A DNA stretch of 63,512 nt, filler included, from Choristocarpus tenellus KU-1152 (lineage: Eukaryota; Protista; Phaeophyceae): assembly GCA_964200185.2 (NCBI GenBank). It is 10 parts of 10 records of this genome, joined end to end, with 100 filler letters (N's around TTAATTAATTAA, not from the genome) between each part and the next. Parts side by side here need not be neighbours in the genome. Positions count along the whole stretch, not along the records: positions 8,689 to 14,002 come from CAXNAD020011185.1; positions 14,103 to 17,582 come from CAXNAD020019747.1; positions 17,683 to 21,030 come from CAXNAD020020643.1; positions 21,131 to 25,448 come from CAXNAD020015135.1; positions 25,549 to 37,330 come from CAXNAD020002141.1; 5 more parts are not named here. One strand, given 5' to 3'. This document shows, piece by piece, positions 12,096 through 25,716 of the stretch; positions within the stretch are counted from its first letter, which is position 1, and every line of letters begins with the position of its first letter. The notes beneath the pieces were generated by a model that made no database searches, was not told the DNA's origin, and saw only the letters and a list, made by a program, of their open reading frames with translations. The translations under genes and the position numbers were made by a program.

Positions 12096-13948
12096 AGGAC
12101 ATGCAGGAAAGATGAGTTAAAGATAGGAGTTGAGGGTGAGTATTACAGTGTGTGGAAAGACCCATATTATCCTAGGGGTGGGGGGGGGGATGTCTTCTAG
12201 AGGTGGTCCGATCGGGACTTGATGGGGTGAAGTAAAAACATCCCGATTTGATGCCTGTTTCGTGGGTGATTTTCCTTCCAATTTGGTCGAGGCAAGGGGA
12301 TGGAAAAGAACATTGCATCCAGTTGAAGGAAATTCCCCTCATACTTGACATGTTGACTCAAACGACAAGAAAATCACTAAAGGATCAAAAATGCTCCAAA
12401 TGGGACGCCTGACCACTCCTTTTCGATACTATAGATCAAACATTGGTAAATAAAAGAGAGGAAATCCTGCTTAAGATACAAAGAGAGTTTTCTGTTTCTG
12501 CTTCTAGTGCCATAATCTTGGTGTGTTTAACCTCACCACTCTTTACTCACACAACTAGTGGATGGCCTAGTTACTCTTTCATGCTCACGCTCTCTATGGT
12601 AGCGAGCTTATTAGTAAACGCTCAGATCAGAAATATTGGCAACTTTTCTTGTGAATGAAACCTTACATACTTCCTGACCCGGCTCATACTAACCCTCTGG
12701 ATGCGAAATTGCAATTGGCCACATGTATCAAGTCACCTTCAATACTTCCCTCCCCCAAATCCCTGACAACACACTTCGTTACACCCGACATGTAAGTGTC
12801 ACTCCTGCTTTAATGAGGGTGGAGGCCCAAATAGAACAGATTCGTTGTTCTCATGCTGCACGTGAAAAGCTGGAGGCTAATGTAAGTGGTCACATTGCCA
12901 AAATATCATGTCTACAATTGTTGAGGGGACCCCCAGAGTAGTGAGGGGGACAGTATAATCAACACAGGCATAGGAAATGAGACTAAAATCACCAATAGGT
13001 CTTAACAAGATGAACAGATGTCACATAGTAATGAGTGACAATTGTAGGAGACTGAAGAGGGTGGTGGGAAAACCTATTGTGAACAGAGACGGCGAACAAA
13101 GCTTCACAAGCTGCGGAAGCGTCCTTTGGGTGAAGGCAACTTCGTCATGAAAAGGGGGGAGTCGGAGGCAAGGTTAAGGTTCAGGCAAGACCGTGCTGCC
13201 CACATCAAGAATGTCCAAGCAAGGAAGAGGTACAAACCTACGATGGTTACCTCGGATTGGCGATTAACTAGGGGTTCATTTTTGTCCATTGTCCTTGGCA
13301 AGCACGTGAACTGAAGCAATTGAATGTTGAGTGTATGGTATACTCTTGAGCATAGCTTCCATTCTTGCCTATGGTTGAAAACTCATGACTTGAAATACTC
13401 CAGAGCATATGGTATGTTCAAGCAGATTGAGTATCAAATTGAGTATCAAATTGAGCATCAACACTGGCCCGTGCCTTTTCTGATGTGAGGTAGAGAGATC
13501 GACCAAGATATGCAGAGGAAGGGGCAGCTGTTGTCAAAGCTCTTGGAGAAGCAGATGAAGAAATCCAACAAGGACAAGGTCCATAAATCTTACTGGATAG
13601 AGGAAATCATTGTTGCTGTTACCTTGGCCACATCGGTGAGAGGTTAAAGTAATCGCACGCCTTACTATCTCTTGGTAAATGAGCAGTGAGGGATGGATGC
13701 AAGTGGAACATTGACTGGGAGGGAGATCAACATAAGAAAAACCGTTGGGGCCTAAGCCATTTGGAATTTTTTCTACCTCTTTTCCAGTATGGGGTCATAC
13801 TTAGGTTAGGGCCGTCCAACAGGCAGAAGCAAATGTCTTTCTGAACTTCACCATCCCATACCCTGAAAAACTACTACACATAATATACTGCTAAATTAAT
13901 GAGTCAAATCATTTGAGGGGGTAGGGCTGTGTCCATTCGGAGTAATAA

Positions 13949-14002
13949 GCTCAAAGTATCTGGGGGGGGGGGGGTACACCAAGGTGTTCATTTGGTTCAA
14001 AA
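13949..14002. mobile_element. MITE family B end at a contig break
   Basis: gctcaaagtatctggggggggggggg-tacaccaaggtg. Similar truncated ends lie at 8689-8718, 17683-17730, 37280-37330, 53411-53481 and 54968-55005. Confidence 0.75.
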
Positions 14003-15170
14003 NNNNNNNNNNNNNNNNNNNNNNNNNNNNNNNNNNNNNNNNNNNNTTAATTAATTAANNNNNNNNNNNNNNNNNNNNNNNNNNNNNNNNNNNNNNNNNN
14101 NNCCCTCCTAAGTGCAAATACAGTCGAAAAAAAAACCTCAGGGTACTTTTTTAAGACCGTTTTCGCAAAAAACCCATGCGCCTTCCTCAATTTTGAGATT
14201 CCCCTGTTTATGGCTGAACCCCATGATGTGCGTGCGAGAAAAAAGGCAAGGCATGCACAGACAGGGAAAATAGTCGTAGCACAATACTTGGTTCGTAGTT
14301 TGTGATGAGTGTTGGAGTGTATAGTGAGTGGGATCACGGGTTTTGAGGTGGGCTTGATTTGTAGTTTAGAGTATTACACATTATTTTATAATATTCCACG
14401 TCAACGACGCTTTCGTAATTTAAGATAGTGGGGAAGGTTTCGAGGAGACTATAAATTGTTGGGAGGCGTTTACGGGGAAGTTCCAAAATGGATAGGTTGG
14501 AAATTTGAATTCAGTAAACAAAGGTGTAGGTACTAGTCGGTAGAGATACAGGTACAGTTTCTTTCTTCTCCGAGCATTCTGCTCCTCCCATATTGTCCTT
14601 TTCATACTGTACTCTCTGCAATCCTTCTCGGACATACACTTTGCACAGAGTGAGGGGGGTCCGTCGGCTGGACCTCACATCTTCACTAATTGGGTGCAAC
14701 CATGTGAGGTCTTGTTTCGTCCTCGTGCTGTAAAACCTGTGTAGTGCGAAGACTCGCTGGTCGAATCGTCGATTCAGAATTATTTTGGAACTCCACTGCC
14801 TTACAGCCCCCTTCCTGCAACCGTCACACCTCTAACGGAACCCCCAAGGTCCAAGTTCGACAAATTCACGATGGTGGACCCTGTTGGAGGAGACGATGAG
14901 GAGGTCAGTGCTGCACAAGGGAAGAAGGGATGGAAATTAGCACTGTGGTTATGAATTAGAATTTCACTTCCAGTCTGAGCAAGTTCAGAACATGCTTTTG
15001 CGGGCTTTTGCCACACCGGAGAACTCAATGTGACAAGGCTTGTGGGGCAGACCCTCCAACTAGAGGAGTCGAGCTTAAGGATATCTACCGCCTCTCTATC
15101 CAGTTGACCTCCCTGACTGGGAAACCGAACTCCCCTCCCCTTTACCCTGCCCTGCAACGTTTCCCAAAAA

Positions 15171-15722
15171 TGTTATGAAATTATAGTACTTGATAAAGCA
15201 GGCACACGAGTGGCGCTTGTGGATTCCACCTCATCTCTCCTCTTCTCCTATTGGAACCTTTGGGAACGACGTTCTCGTTGACGATAGATATTAGGGAGTA
15301 GAAGTGGCCAAACTTGCATAAATTCAGAGTTATCGACGATTAGGGTCTGTTGGAACTGTTTCAGATTAAATATGGCAAAGTCCACAGGGATGACCAGGGA
15401 GCAGGGAGCAAGGTGGGAATTTTCGAAATCTCCACAGCGAAAGTGTCTGCCCAGAGTTCTTCAGTCGCTCTTGGATTATTTTCCAACCTTTGAAATGCCA
15501 TTTTCTTGTCATACATTTAAACTTGTTTGGGGTATTTTGCAAGAGCTCTATGGAACAGGTGCAACTCTGGTTGAAGAATTTCGACCAAGGTTTATTTCGT
15601 AAGAGCACTATTTCACCCCATTTTACTACAACGGTTATGTTATCTCTCTAAAGAACATCTGTCCAAGCAAGGTCCAGGAGTGACATTTAACTGTGTTTTC
15701 TGTTCAGATCAACTAGGTAACA
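15171..15722 (-). mobile_element. Putative 5' LTR of a minus-strand LTR retrotransposon
   Basis: TGTTA...TAACA termini. On the minus strand it is followed directly by TTTTTGGGAAACGTTGC (PBS position) and a degenerate Ser/Pro-rich frame (15157-14420). Confidence 0.45.
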
Positions 15723-15982
15723 CACATTAAAACACATTGATATTAATCAGGGGCGTGGAAAAGCCCTAGTCGTGAATTTATGTATTTCAACCTTCTCACT
15801 TTGCATATTAGAAGATTCTCCTCTTCAGGAAAGATACAGTCAGTATGAATATTGTGTTCATTTGTTAGCACATCCGTAGAGCAGCCAGTGCAGTAGTATC
15901 AATGGTCTTGCCGCTCTTTTTGCAAACTTTGACCAAAGCCGCCCTCCCCCCTCAAATATTCTTCTCTCCCTGCTGTTGGTAG

Positions 15983-16712
15983 GTCAGCACACAGGAGATG
16001 GTGGCAAATGAAGTTAACAAACGAATGGGTAGGGCTGTTGAGGAGCTCAAAGAAAAGTATGACCTTGGGGGGAGGGGCTACGACGCACCATCAGATGCAC
16101 AGGTACGATACAAGAGAAGTGCCCTGGGGAACCCTTCCCTCTCCTTACCACCTTTGGCCAACACAATGCACATCAACAGAAGAAAAAAAACATGCTTCCG
16201 TCCATTCATTCGTTCATTCTTTCATTCATTCTTTTCTTCCTTCCCTCCTTCATTGTGTGTGTTTGCCACTACTCCAAATGTGATCACAATCTACCCATCT
16301 CTGTATCCGAAGTGTGTGTATATCTGTATACATTTGTCAGTCAACTGTATCTAAGGCATATATATATATGTATATATATCCGTATACACGTGTCAGTCAA
16401 CTGTATCTAAAGCATATACAATGTGTATATACATGTGTCAGCCGACAGGAGCAGCATATGCTAGGGCGAGGCAGGAACAGGCCCAGGCCCGCCAGTTGGC
16501 TAGGGAAAAGAAGCAGGCGGTTGAGGCTGGAAGGCGTGAAGAGGAAGAAGAATTGGCTGCGCAGCTGGCTGCGTCAGCCCGCTTGAGTGGGGAGGATGGT
16601 GGTGATGATGTCGATAGTGACGATGAACTGCTGGAGGGTCTGGATAACGATCCCGAAGTGAGTGTATGAGTGTACATACAACACAGACAAACACAGACAC
16701 GCAAAAACACAA

Positions 16713-16759
<47 letters not shown>

Positions 16760-17559
16760 CACATAAACTTGGAGCTATGTGTGAAACTGTTTCATAAGAT
16801 TATGCAGGAGATCTTTTTTGTTCTTCAAACATAGTAACTGTATTTCAGGTATGGGTATGGTGTGTATTGCGAAGGGGTGAAGATGACTCCCTACAACTGA
16901 AAGGGGGCTAAAAATCGACCCCCCTTTACAGAGATTCCCCTAAACTGTTTTTGTTCTGTTGGACCATTGCGAAACGCCTTCATTTTATATATACTCACAT
17001 ATATATTTATATTTCAAAGTAGTGAGTTACATGATTATGTTACAGTATTATAATATTGCTAGTAGCAGTAGTAGTAGTAGTAGTAGTAGTAGTAGCATAA
17101 TAGTAGTGGTAGTAATAGTATAGTAGTAGTAGTAATAGTAATAGTAATAGTAATAGTAGTAGTAATAGTCACCTTGCTTTCATTGGTAGAACACAAACAT
17201 ATCTCTTTTCTGGTTCTATTTAATCTTTTTTAAGTTGGGGAGACAGGAAGTGCATTTACTCGGAACAATATTATACTTTTTTTTTCCTCATTTTTATGGT
17301 TTAAACAAATCCACTTTTTTTCTTTTCAACAAAAAAATAATAATGCACACATTTTGGCACCTCAAAAGTACAGCAAGTGGTTTTAACAAGTGCACCATCA
17401 TACCATCCCCTCTCTCTACATGTACATATGTATGTGTGTATATATATATGTATATGTATATGTATGTATCAGCTCCGACTTATCCGGGATCGGCGCCTCA
17501 ACGAGATGAGGAAGGCGTATGATGCTCGTGCAGAGAATATAGGGAAGGGACACGGGCAG
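15983..17559 (+). CDS. Phosducin-like / thioredoxin-domain protein (TXNDC9/PhLP3 family), N-terminal exons
   Basis: Phase-0 exons 15983-16102, 16442-16657 and 17473-17559 give an acidic DSDDELLEGLDNDPELRLIRDRRLNEMRKAYDARAENIGKGHGQ, the helix plus GHG that precedes the Trx fold in TXNDC9. Truncated by a linker. Confidence 0.75.
16716..16756. repeat. (CA)n microsatellite, intronic
   Basis: About 20 CA units. Confidence 0.95.
17059..17169. repeat. (TAG/TAA)n compound microsatellite, intronic
   Basis: tagtagtag...taatagtaatag. Confidence 0.9.
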
Positions 17560-19855
17560 GTGAGGCAACTTCACACAGCCATNNNNNNNNNNNNNNNNNN
17601 NNNNNNNNNNNNNNNNNNNNNNNNNNTTAATTAATTAANNNNNNNNNNNNNNNNNNNNNNNNNNNNNNNNNNNNNNNNNNNNAATGACCACCCGGGTGTA
17701 TACCCCCCCCCCCCCCTCAGATACTTTGAAGATATTCAACTGTGAAAATTGTACAAAACATTTTTTGGAGAAGACAGCAGGTAGTTAAGAAGAATTTGTT
17801 GGTACGTCTCACAAGGCACAGATAGGTAGCAAGCACCTCATTCAAGGAAATATCTGGAAAGCATTGTTGAAAATTATGAAATGCACTAAAATATCTGTTT
17901 GACAGTACGCAGAGCAGTAACTAGCAACCAGCACACTTGTACACACCCAAGATCCAAACTGAGAGATACTATCTGACTCCCAAATCTCTATATTTCTCAA
18001 GATTACATTGTTTCCATATCCCTTGCATCCAACGAGAAGCTATACAAAAGGAATTTCCCCACTAGATTTTTGCAGGGCCGAGGAGATCAATTTGAACGAG
18101 AGTACACACTAAGATTGCACAACTCACCCTATGTCAATGCGAAGTAATCCAGCAATCAAAAGCAATATCTTCAGTGTAATGACTCCGTTCTGCTTTGTCT
18201 AGAATTCACGAAACACCACACGGAGCATCTCACTGTGACACGACCCTTTGCACTAGGTATCTGGTATTTCAACTTTAGTGTTTTGCAGCATGGGGGAAAA
18301 CATGAGCAGGGGACGGCAACCTCTGGCCCCCCTCGTGACCTCTTAGGTATACTCAATTAGATTGCACCATCTTCAATGCAACTGAGTTGTATTTATAGTG
18401 AAACCTCTGCCGATGTAGATGCAGCAAGGGGCCCACGTTAGGAGGTTGGCAGCATCAAGTTTGTGCTTACCTAAGGTTCTTATAGACACAAGTTAACTAT
18501 TGATACCTGTTCGCTATGTGGGTAAGTGCTTTCTCCCCTTTCCACGAATTGACGAGACCTTTTGTTTTTCTCTGATTACAAAAAATGCGAATTTACTGAA
18601 GGTATTAATGTAGAGCAGGATAGTAGATCCTCACACGGTGAACTATCGAAGGGATGTTGTCCGACCCAACCCTCGAATCGTGGAACGCTAGTTAGAGTAG
18701 AATATTGACAGGTTCAAATCTCACCGATGGTCCATCCACTGTGAAGCGGTCGTTCCACCCCATCTCTCGTTGATGAAGCACCCACGCGGGAGGTTGCTGT
18801 GCTATCGTGGCACGGCCGTTTGCTCGACGGCGACGACGCACCAATGATGTGACCATTTGCCTCTTCCTCATTTTGAGTTTGGATTGTGGGAAGATGACAG
18901 ATGACGATGTGTTAGAACTTGATCTATACCAACCAACCGTTACACGTTGTTAGTCAAACGCCTTCCCAGGTATTGACAGTTTAAATTCCAGGTATTACTC
19001 TTAAAAGCAAGATACAGCATTCACTTGCAACCAGAAGAACCTTAGAATGTTCCCTGGTCGTCAGCGTGATGGATATTTGGGGCGCCATGGAAACAAGAAG
19101 CAGTAAGTTGTTATGTGGATCAGGACGGTGCAATACTGTAATATGGATGACAGCTTGAGCCTTCAGCTCTATTAGTCGTCAAGGAATCTGCAATACTTAT
19201 GGGGTCATGGATATAGAGGACTTACAAGAGGAGAATCGTATCCCTTGATGATCCATTCATACCGTTGGATGCTCAGCGTTCGGTATTGATATATTTACTT
19301 CACGTCATTCAGACTAGGTTCCTCCTTGAACAGGCACCCCTCCTGACAGAGTCTGTTGTCTAGTGCAGGTCGGAACCTATATTGGTTTTTACATTTAGCC
19401 AGCATCGTTGGCCAGAGGTGCAACTCAACTTGGGCTAGGTTGGAAGATGGCTCAAACCTAAGTATTTATACTATATAGCATGTCACATGCTACATGTGTA
19501 GTCATGCCCTGTTGCTTTATTCTTGGGTAGTACGCTATTTATTTTCTGTGACCGACGCTCTTCTCGACACTCTTGCGGTATGGTATTGGCACCACACTTT
19601 AATACGAGAATGTAGCTCGCAGATAGCAAATATTTCGGGACCTTCTTTGTATGCTTCAGGCTTGATATTTGGTGCAGTCGAAGAACGTAGAACTAGACCT
19701 GCCCCAACCTAACGATTAGCTAGCAGTAACCACTTCAAGCTTGTGTGTTGTTTCGCTAACTTCTCCCTGCTACCTCTCTATCCCCATGTACTCTAGTCTA
19801 CGGTCACTCCATGGGTCACTAATATTTTCCGCGCAATTTCTCGTCGACTTTGCAG

Positions 19856-20000
19856 ATGGAGCGCTCGATGCGCCCGAAAAAGTCACCAATTGGTTTTGGT
19901 GGTCGTAGTAGCGCTGGCAGGACTAGTTTGGTTGAACATTTCTAGCGCAACAAAGCCCGATGATGGGAAACCCTCTGACGTGGGCGACGGCAATCCCGAG
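19856..20000 (+). CDS. Exon encoding a signal-anchor-like TM helix (type II membrane protein?)
   Basis: ttgcag|...ARKSHQLVLVVVVALAGLVWLNISSATKPDD...PE|gtgcgt: basic residues followed by a hydrophobic run, with good splice sites. Confidence 0.4.
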
Positions 20001-22759
20001 GTGCGTTACTGTGTGGAAAGGGTGGAAAGCGCCAACCTGCTGCATGTTGAGACGAACAGAGTCTCGGTCGAAGTGAGCATTGCGACAGTATTGGGCTACT
20101 GTGTGTTCAAGAGAACACCATTTCTTCTCATCGAAATATGTGTGTTTCAAGTTTCGGTGTATCATACCGTGTCATATTTCACCACTATGAAGTTGTTGTG
20201 ACGCCTGACTGTGTGCCTGACTTGAAATGGTTTCTGCAGAGGACATGCTGGTGCGTAACCTTCAAAGACGAACAATCGCACCTTGTGGTCGGGTGGAAAA
20301 TCTTGATGAAATTGAAGGCAATGCGCATATTCTGTCCAGATTCAATAGGGAGATCTAATATATCAGAGCTGCTTCTCGCGGAAAAGTAGTGGCACATATT
20401 TACAAGGCACTAGTGTAGTATGATGTGATTGATTGTTGTAATAGTTGAACATTGTCTCACGTAAAGCCTCACGTAACTTCAATCTGGAACAGAACCTTCC
20501 CTTGAATGTTGGAATGTGCAAAAAAAAAATTGTAGCTCTTCACAGTGGCACAAAGCATCGCCACGGAGCAGTCAGCAGTGCCTTTGTCCTAAGTGCTGTC
20601 CCTTACGGATCGCATCTTGGGTTTCTAGAGAGTTGCATGCTTGTTGTTTGTTCAGAAATCATCTCGATTGTGCCCCGACCGAAGTAGTTCAATCAACCAA
20701 GTGGGCCTCATGGGAATGTAGGTAGACAAGACACACACACACTGGACGGAACACCAGAAACAAAATCCGCTATGGGACAGCATCAAGTCCGACCAAGAGC
20801 TAGTTGAGTAGTGCACCTTCTGGCAGAACTGCCGATGGAGGCAGCTGATCCAGAAATCCAGTTACTCGTGTTGCTTCTAAGGGAAGATTATTTATTGGGG
20901 AGTTTAATATGTTACATAGATATACGAGAGTAGTATCTGCCATGTTTACACAACTTGAGCCTTGAAATCAAGGGTGGTGGCCTTGGTTTGTGTGTGTAGG
21001 GAGGGGGGGGGGTATTACGTTGATATTTGTNNNNNNNNNNNNNNNNNNNNNNNNNNNNNNNNNNNNNNNNNNNNTTAATTAATTAANNNNNNNNNNNNNN
21101 NNNNNNNNNNNNNNNNNNNNNNNNNNNNNNCTCACCTCTCCCCACCCCACTCATTATCAACCCACTGGCTTCAAGGCTCTTGTCAGGAGGGCCTGAAATA
21201 GATGAGTAAAGCGCGCACCTTATTGTACACAGCAACCACACCATCATATAAGGTCACAGAAGAGCCCAAAATTGTAAGGGTTAGTGCGAGGTGAGTGCAC
21301 AGATATGACATATATCGGCGAAAAAAAATTCTGATCTGAGATAGGTGGAAGGCATAGTTCAATGTGGACCTTGATTTGTCTCATACTTCAGGAAGAAATA
21401 ATGTGAGGTGTGGTGGTAAGTCAAAATGGAGCGATGGACTGGAAGCAGGAATCAAGTTCAACATAAACAGTGGTATCCATTTGATGAAGATTTCCTGATC
21501 GCTGTTCACTTTTCTACACACACTAGAGGTTCTGACTCACAATCACAACCAGGAACATAGTACACATACCTGCACCTACAAACGATATGCAATATTGGGG
21601 GTGCTAACAACAGGTTCGAGAAAAACAAATTGTAGATAACACCAAGACTAGGCACACAGGGCAAATCAATACCAGGCAAGATGAGGTGGGCACTCAAAAA
21701 AACAGGCACACAGGTACTGAAACTCGCAGGCCTTTCACAAACATGATAGTACACATACATGGCAACACCAGCAACAAAGGTTGTCAATCCACTAACAACC
21801 AGCATCAAATACACACACACACACACAAACATACTGAGAGAGAGAGAGACAACATTTTTAGAAAACAGCAAGGAGAAAAGCGGCAAACAGGATGAGGCAG
21901 TAATCAGGACATGAAAGAAATTAAATTACACCTACACAGCTGAATTTTATACAGATCTTACATGTACTTCCCATCCACAAGAACACCGCTTCCCTTTGTT
22001 GCCGACGACCAACCAGCACACCCAGCAGTACGGGTGCATAACACACAGCATGACTCATCACCTCCCCGCCATAAATCATAGCTACAGGGGCACAACAGAA
22101 AATAAAATAAAATGTTAACTAGGAGACATAAAGAGGACGTAGCAGAGAGGGATTGCTTCGGTAGTGGTAGGATGGGAATGGATGGAGGAGTGGCTACAGG
22201 TGTAGGATACATCCCATGTACAAGTTTTAAGAATGACATCCTCTGCTGACAAATTTGGCATTCCCAGACAACGAGGCACTTAGGATTCCTTGTATCAGGA
22301 GATATCAATGTCATTATTTTGAACCCCCCCCTCCCCTCTTCTCGTTCCACCTCAACAGAATGCAGCAACAAGCCCTGCCTCTCTTCGGTTGTAATAGAAA
22401 TTCCATCTAATCTCTGGTTCATTCAGACTCTACTCTTAAATCCTACCCATGTTTATAGAAGCATCATACAAGGGCAATGCAATAATGTTTTACAAAATAT
22501 AGCACTTACACAAATGTAGGCACCAACAAAAGACTTTAGTCGAGGCTAAGATGTTATGCTACTCGTATACTGTTTGTATATTGTGCTGCTCATACACTAT
22601 AGAGAACACGGGTGAACTGAAGTAGGGTGGAACACCAGTGATAGATATATCACATTTATTTACTCATTCGTGTCCAGTGGTTTTTGTCATGTTCTAAACG
22701 TACTTGTCATACTGAAGACAAGTAAGCGAGTGATTCATAGAAAGTTAGCATGGACGATT

Positions 22760-25400
22760 GCAAAACCCACACTATAGGAATAATGGGTGACACCAGTTGT
22801 GATCCCCATGAGTTCCGTCAATGGAAATGAGGCCATCAGCCCTTGATAAACTAATATTATATATTCATACCAGTCCCCACATACTGTCCCCTACCAATGC
22901 ACACGATTGGTCATCTTAACCGTAGGTCCAGCTTGACATACTTCAACATAAAGCTCCCCACCCTCTCAAATCCAAGTCGCCATCAAACCAAAGCTATGCA
23001 CGACGCAATAACTTCAACATTAAGAGTGCAAACACATGTTCAATGGCCAACGTAGAGTGATTCTATAGTATGGTACAGTCTATGTATGTTGAAGGAGTGG
23101 AGAGAGGTTAGCAGTGGAAACAGGGCAGAGGAAGGGCGAGAGACAGGAGTTGTTTTGTTAAAGAAATTGGTGTTCCCAAGACTTGTGTGTGTAAATAACT
23201 CGATTATTTCCTCATTATATAGAACAGGTTGTACATGAAGTAAAGAAGGTGTAAGAAAGGAGAGTGAGCTTCAAAACTCAAAGGGGGTCATCACCTTACG
23301 ATTCACACATTTTAATAACCCGTCATTCTATCCGTTGTACTAAAATAACCCGCAAACAATATTTTCATTATCCAACAATACTTCAACAACTTAATGTTTC
23401 TCCCACAGAAACATATTTTACATAAGAATAAAAAGCATGTTCTTAACATGCTTGCAGAGGATGATTTTAACGCATAATTGCTTCACCTTCCAGTCACAGA
23501 GTACATTATGACCGATCCATTTCCATAAACCCCCTCAGTGTTTCCACACCTATGCAGCATCAAAGAGCGTAGGTGCAACCAAGGCGTGGCAGGAGAAAAA
23601 TGAGGGCACAAGCAGATGGTTACAGTATACCCCATGTTCTTTGAACATGAAAACATCAACATAAACATCAGCCATTCTTGCAAGTGCTCCAACAATGGAA
23701 AAACAGTCCATCTCCACGCGCTCCAGCCAAGGACTAGGCGAGCATTGAGGGTCATGTGCGTCAATCAAGAGGGCGAGTGGATTAGGCATGCAAACAATAT
23801 AGTAAAAAAATACCTACACAGCATAGAACGACTCTGGATTTTTTGGGGTGGTCATGGTACCCTGCCTTACAGGAGCACAACAACAATGTCATATAGATTT
23901 CTACGGTACAATAGTAGCAAGTGAAGGGTACCTTACAAGTATTAAAAGTAGTGAGGCAGTACACACAACAATGTCGGATAGTACATCATTGTGGTCATCC
24001 CAATCATACTCTGTGTGACTGATAAGTGTTACTAAGGTCGGCAAGTACTTTAAACGCCAAGATCCATGCAACAAGCAATGGTCACACAACAAGGTAACCA
24101 ACACATCGAGAAGAATACTTCCCGATTGACAGCAATCTGCTACTATTGATAGAGAGTGCAGGAGTACACAAGGTATAAGCTTTTCATGGCACTCCAAAAA
24201 TCGTCACACAGAAATAAGTCCCACCTGTTCTGCATCTACATTAAGACAATACAACCAAGGTGATTAAACCACCACCTATCATAGTACCGGTAAAATACCT
24301 ATTTTTTTCATTTTCTGGGTTCTGTTCCTAGTTCATTACATGAGATTAAGGGGACCAAGGGATGGGGGGTATACCCTGTAACAGACGTGCACTCCAACAG
24401 TGATTGTCTGCTTTCTGTAAAGGGACATCACAGAGAGAAATAGATAGACAAGACCTTCTAAACTAATTACATGCACCTTGCTTGGTTGAACCAACGAAAC
24501 GCTTCCCTCTGTCCCTACCCCTTGTGACATACCAATCAAGTACACTGTGGAGGAAGATGGAATATACTTAGAGAAAAGAGAGAAACCAAACAAAAATATT
24601 TGAAGAATCTGCGAGAACACATGTCTAACACATTTGTGGCGAAGGGCGACAGGGGGTGTTTCAGGGGTAAACATTGTAGAGAGAAACCCAGCACAATAAG
24701 AAATGACCTGCTTTGGTGTGCTTCCAGTCCACCCTGCCAATTACCCACGACAACCTTGAGCGTGTAGGTGCCAGGGAGAGAAGGTGTAAGTTTGGCATGC
24801 CACTCACACACCCCATCCTTGCCATTGGGTTGAGCTGACTGTTTCATATTATTAGTGGGAGGGGGGCATTGTGGTGAACCAGGGTATACAGGATGAGAAG
24901 GACAAGGTAGGAGAGCATATAATGTGAGAGCAGGGAGTACACACAGAAATGTCATTTTCTTGCATTCTGATGAAGATACCCGGACTATTCCTCCAATCAG
25001 TCCTCATATACACGTGACAATACACCACTGCATCATGGCAACAAAAATTCCTTTATACTTATATTGTACTCAAAAGAAAATGATGCTTCAAGATACCAAA
25101 GCATACATACTGCATTGTAAATAAACCTTTACAGAACATAAATACTTCTCTTCAGAGGTGCCCCCGCTTGCATGTGCCATCCTGTCAACCACACAACCAT
25201 TACCCTCTCATGATAGAACAAATTGGATGCTGCATTCCTCGAGCAATTGGCCATGAGTCCCTGAGTAATATCGGAAAACCAAGGGTGTACCTGCACATAT
25301 CAACAAAAATAGTAAGATGCAGAGAATGGAAGGAACTCCAGCAAATTACCTCTGCCAACATTTCTGGTCCCTCCAAATAGGCAATGATTCCCAGCTTAGA
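22760..25400 (-). pseudogene. Degenerate NXPE/PC-esterase (filamin-like Ig + SGNH) like gene
   Basis: AYLEGPEMLA (~25380), WHAKLTPSLPGTYTLKVVVG (~24800), DVFMFKEHG (~23650) and YNISLSRADGLISIDGTH (~22860-22810, DxxH-like) occur in the expected order, with stops nearby. Confidence 0.3.
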
Positions 25401-25716
25401 AGGGTCGCAATGGGCTGACTCCCCCCCCCCCCCTTTTCGCAAGCCAACNNNNNNNNNNNNNNNNNNNNNNNNNNNNNNNNNNNNNNNNNNNNTTAATTAA
25501 TTAANNNNNNNNNNNNNNNNNNNNNNNNNNNNNNNNNNNNNNNNNNNNAGACAGCGTCCCCCCCCCTCTCTGGAACACTTCCCAAGGTAAGACTATTGTA
25601 TCTTTGGTATTACCACCCCCCCCAGCCCCGATCCCACACCCTCATTTACCCCTGCCTCTCCTCATCATGCTAATCTTTTTTACGCCTGCTTTGTGCGTTT
25701 TTTTTGTTTGTTCCAG

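Larger units (their letters stand above)
9634..13790 (+). mobile_element. Decayed chromodomain-type Ty3/gypsy LTR retrotransposon, RT/RH apparently deleted
   Basis: Degenerate protease-like LLNGRLVGKLNKTLI (~10790), integrase-like VDSNDKKIT..RLTTPF and LTSPLFTHTTS..YSFML (12320-12600), and chromodomain-like YWIEEII..YYLLV..GMDASGT..EINI (13590-13735). Many stops and frameshifts; two MITEs are inserted. Confidence 0.5.

Noticed and set aside
16270-16441. Repeated gtcagtcaactgtatctaa as a regulatory array
   Set aside because: It is a local intronic duplication among TA/TG-rich sequence next to the acceptor, with only 2-3 copies.
23550-23789. VDVFMFKEHGVYC as a KDZ/CxC transposase motif
   Set aside because: It lacks the FH and other KDZ motifs, and fits better with the surrounding SGNH-like remnant.
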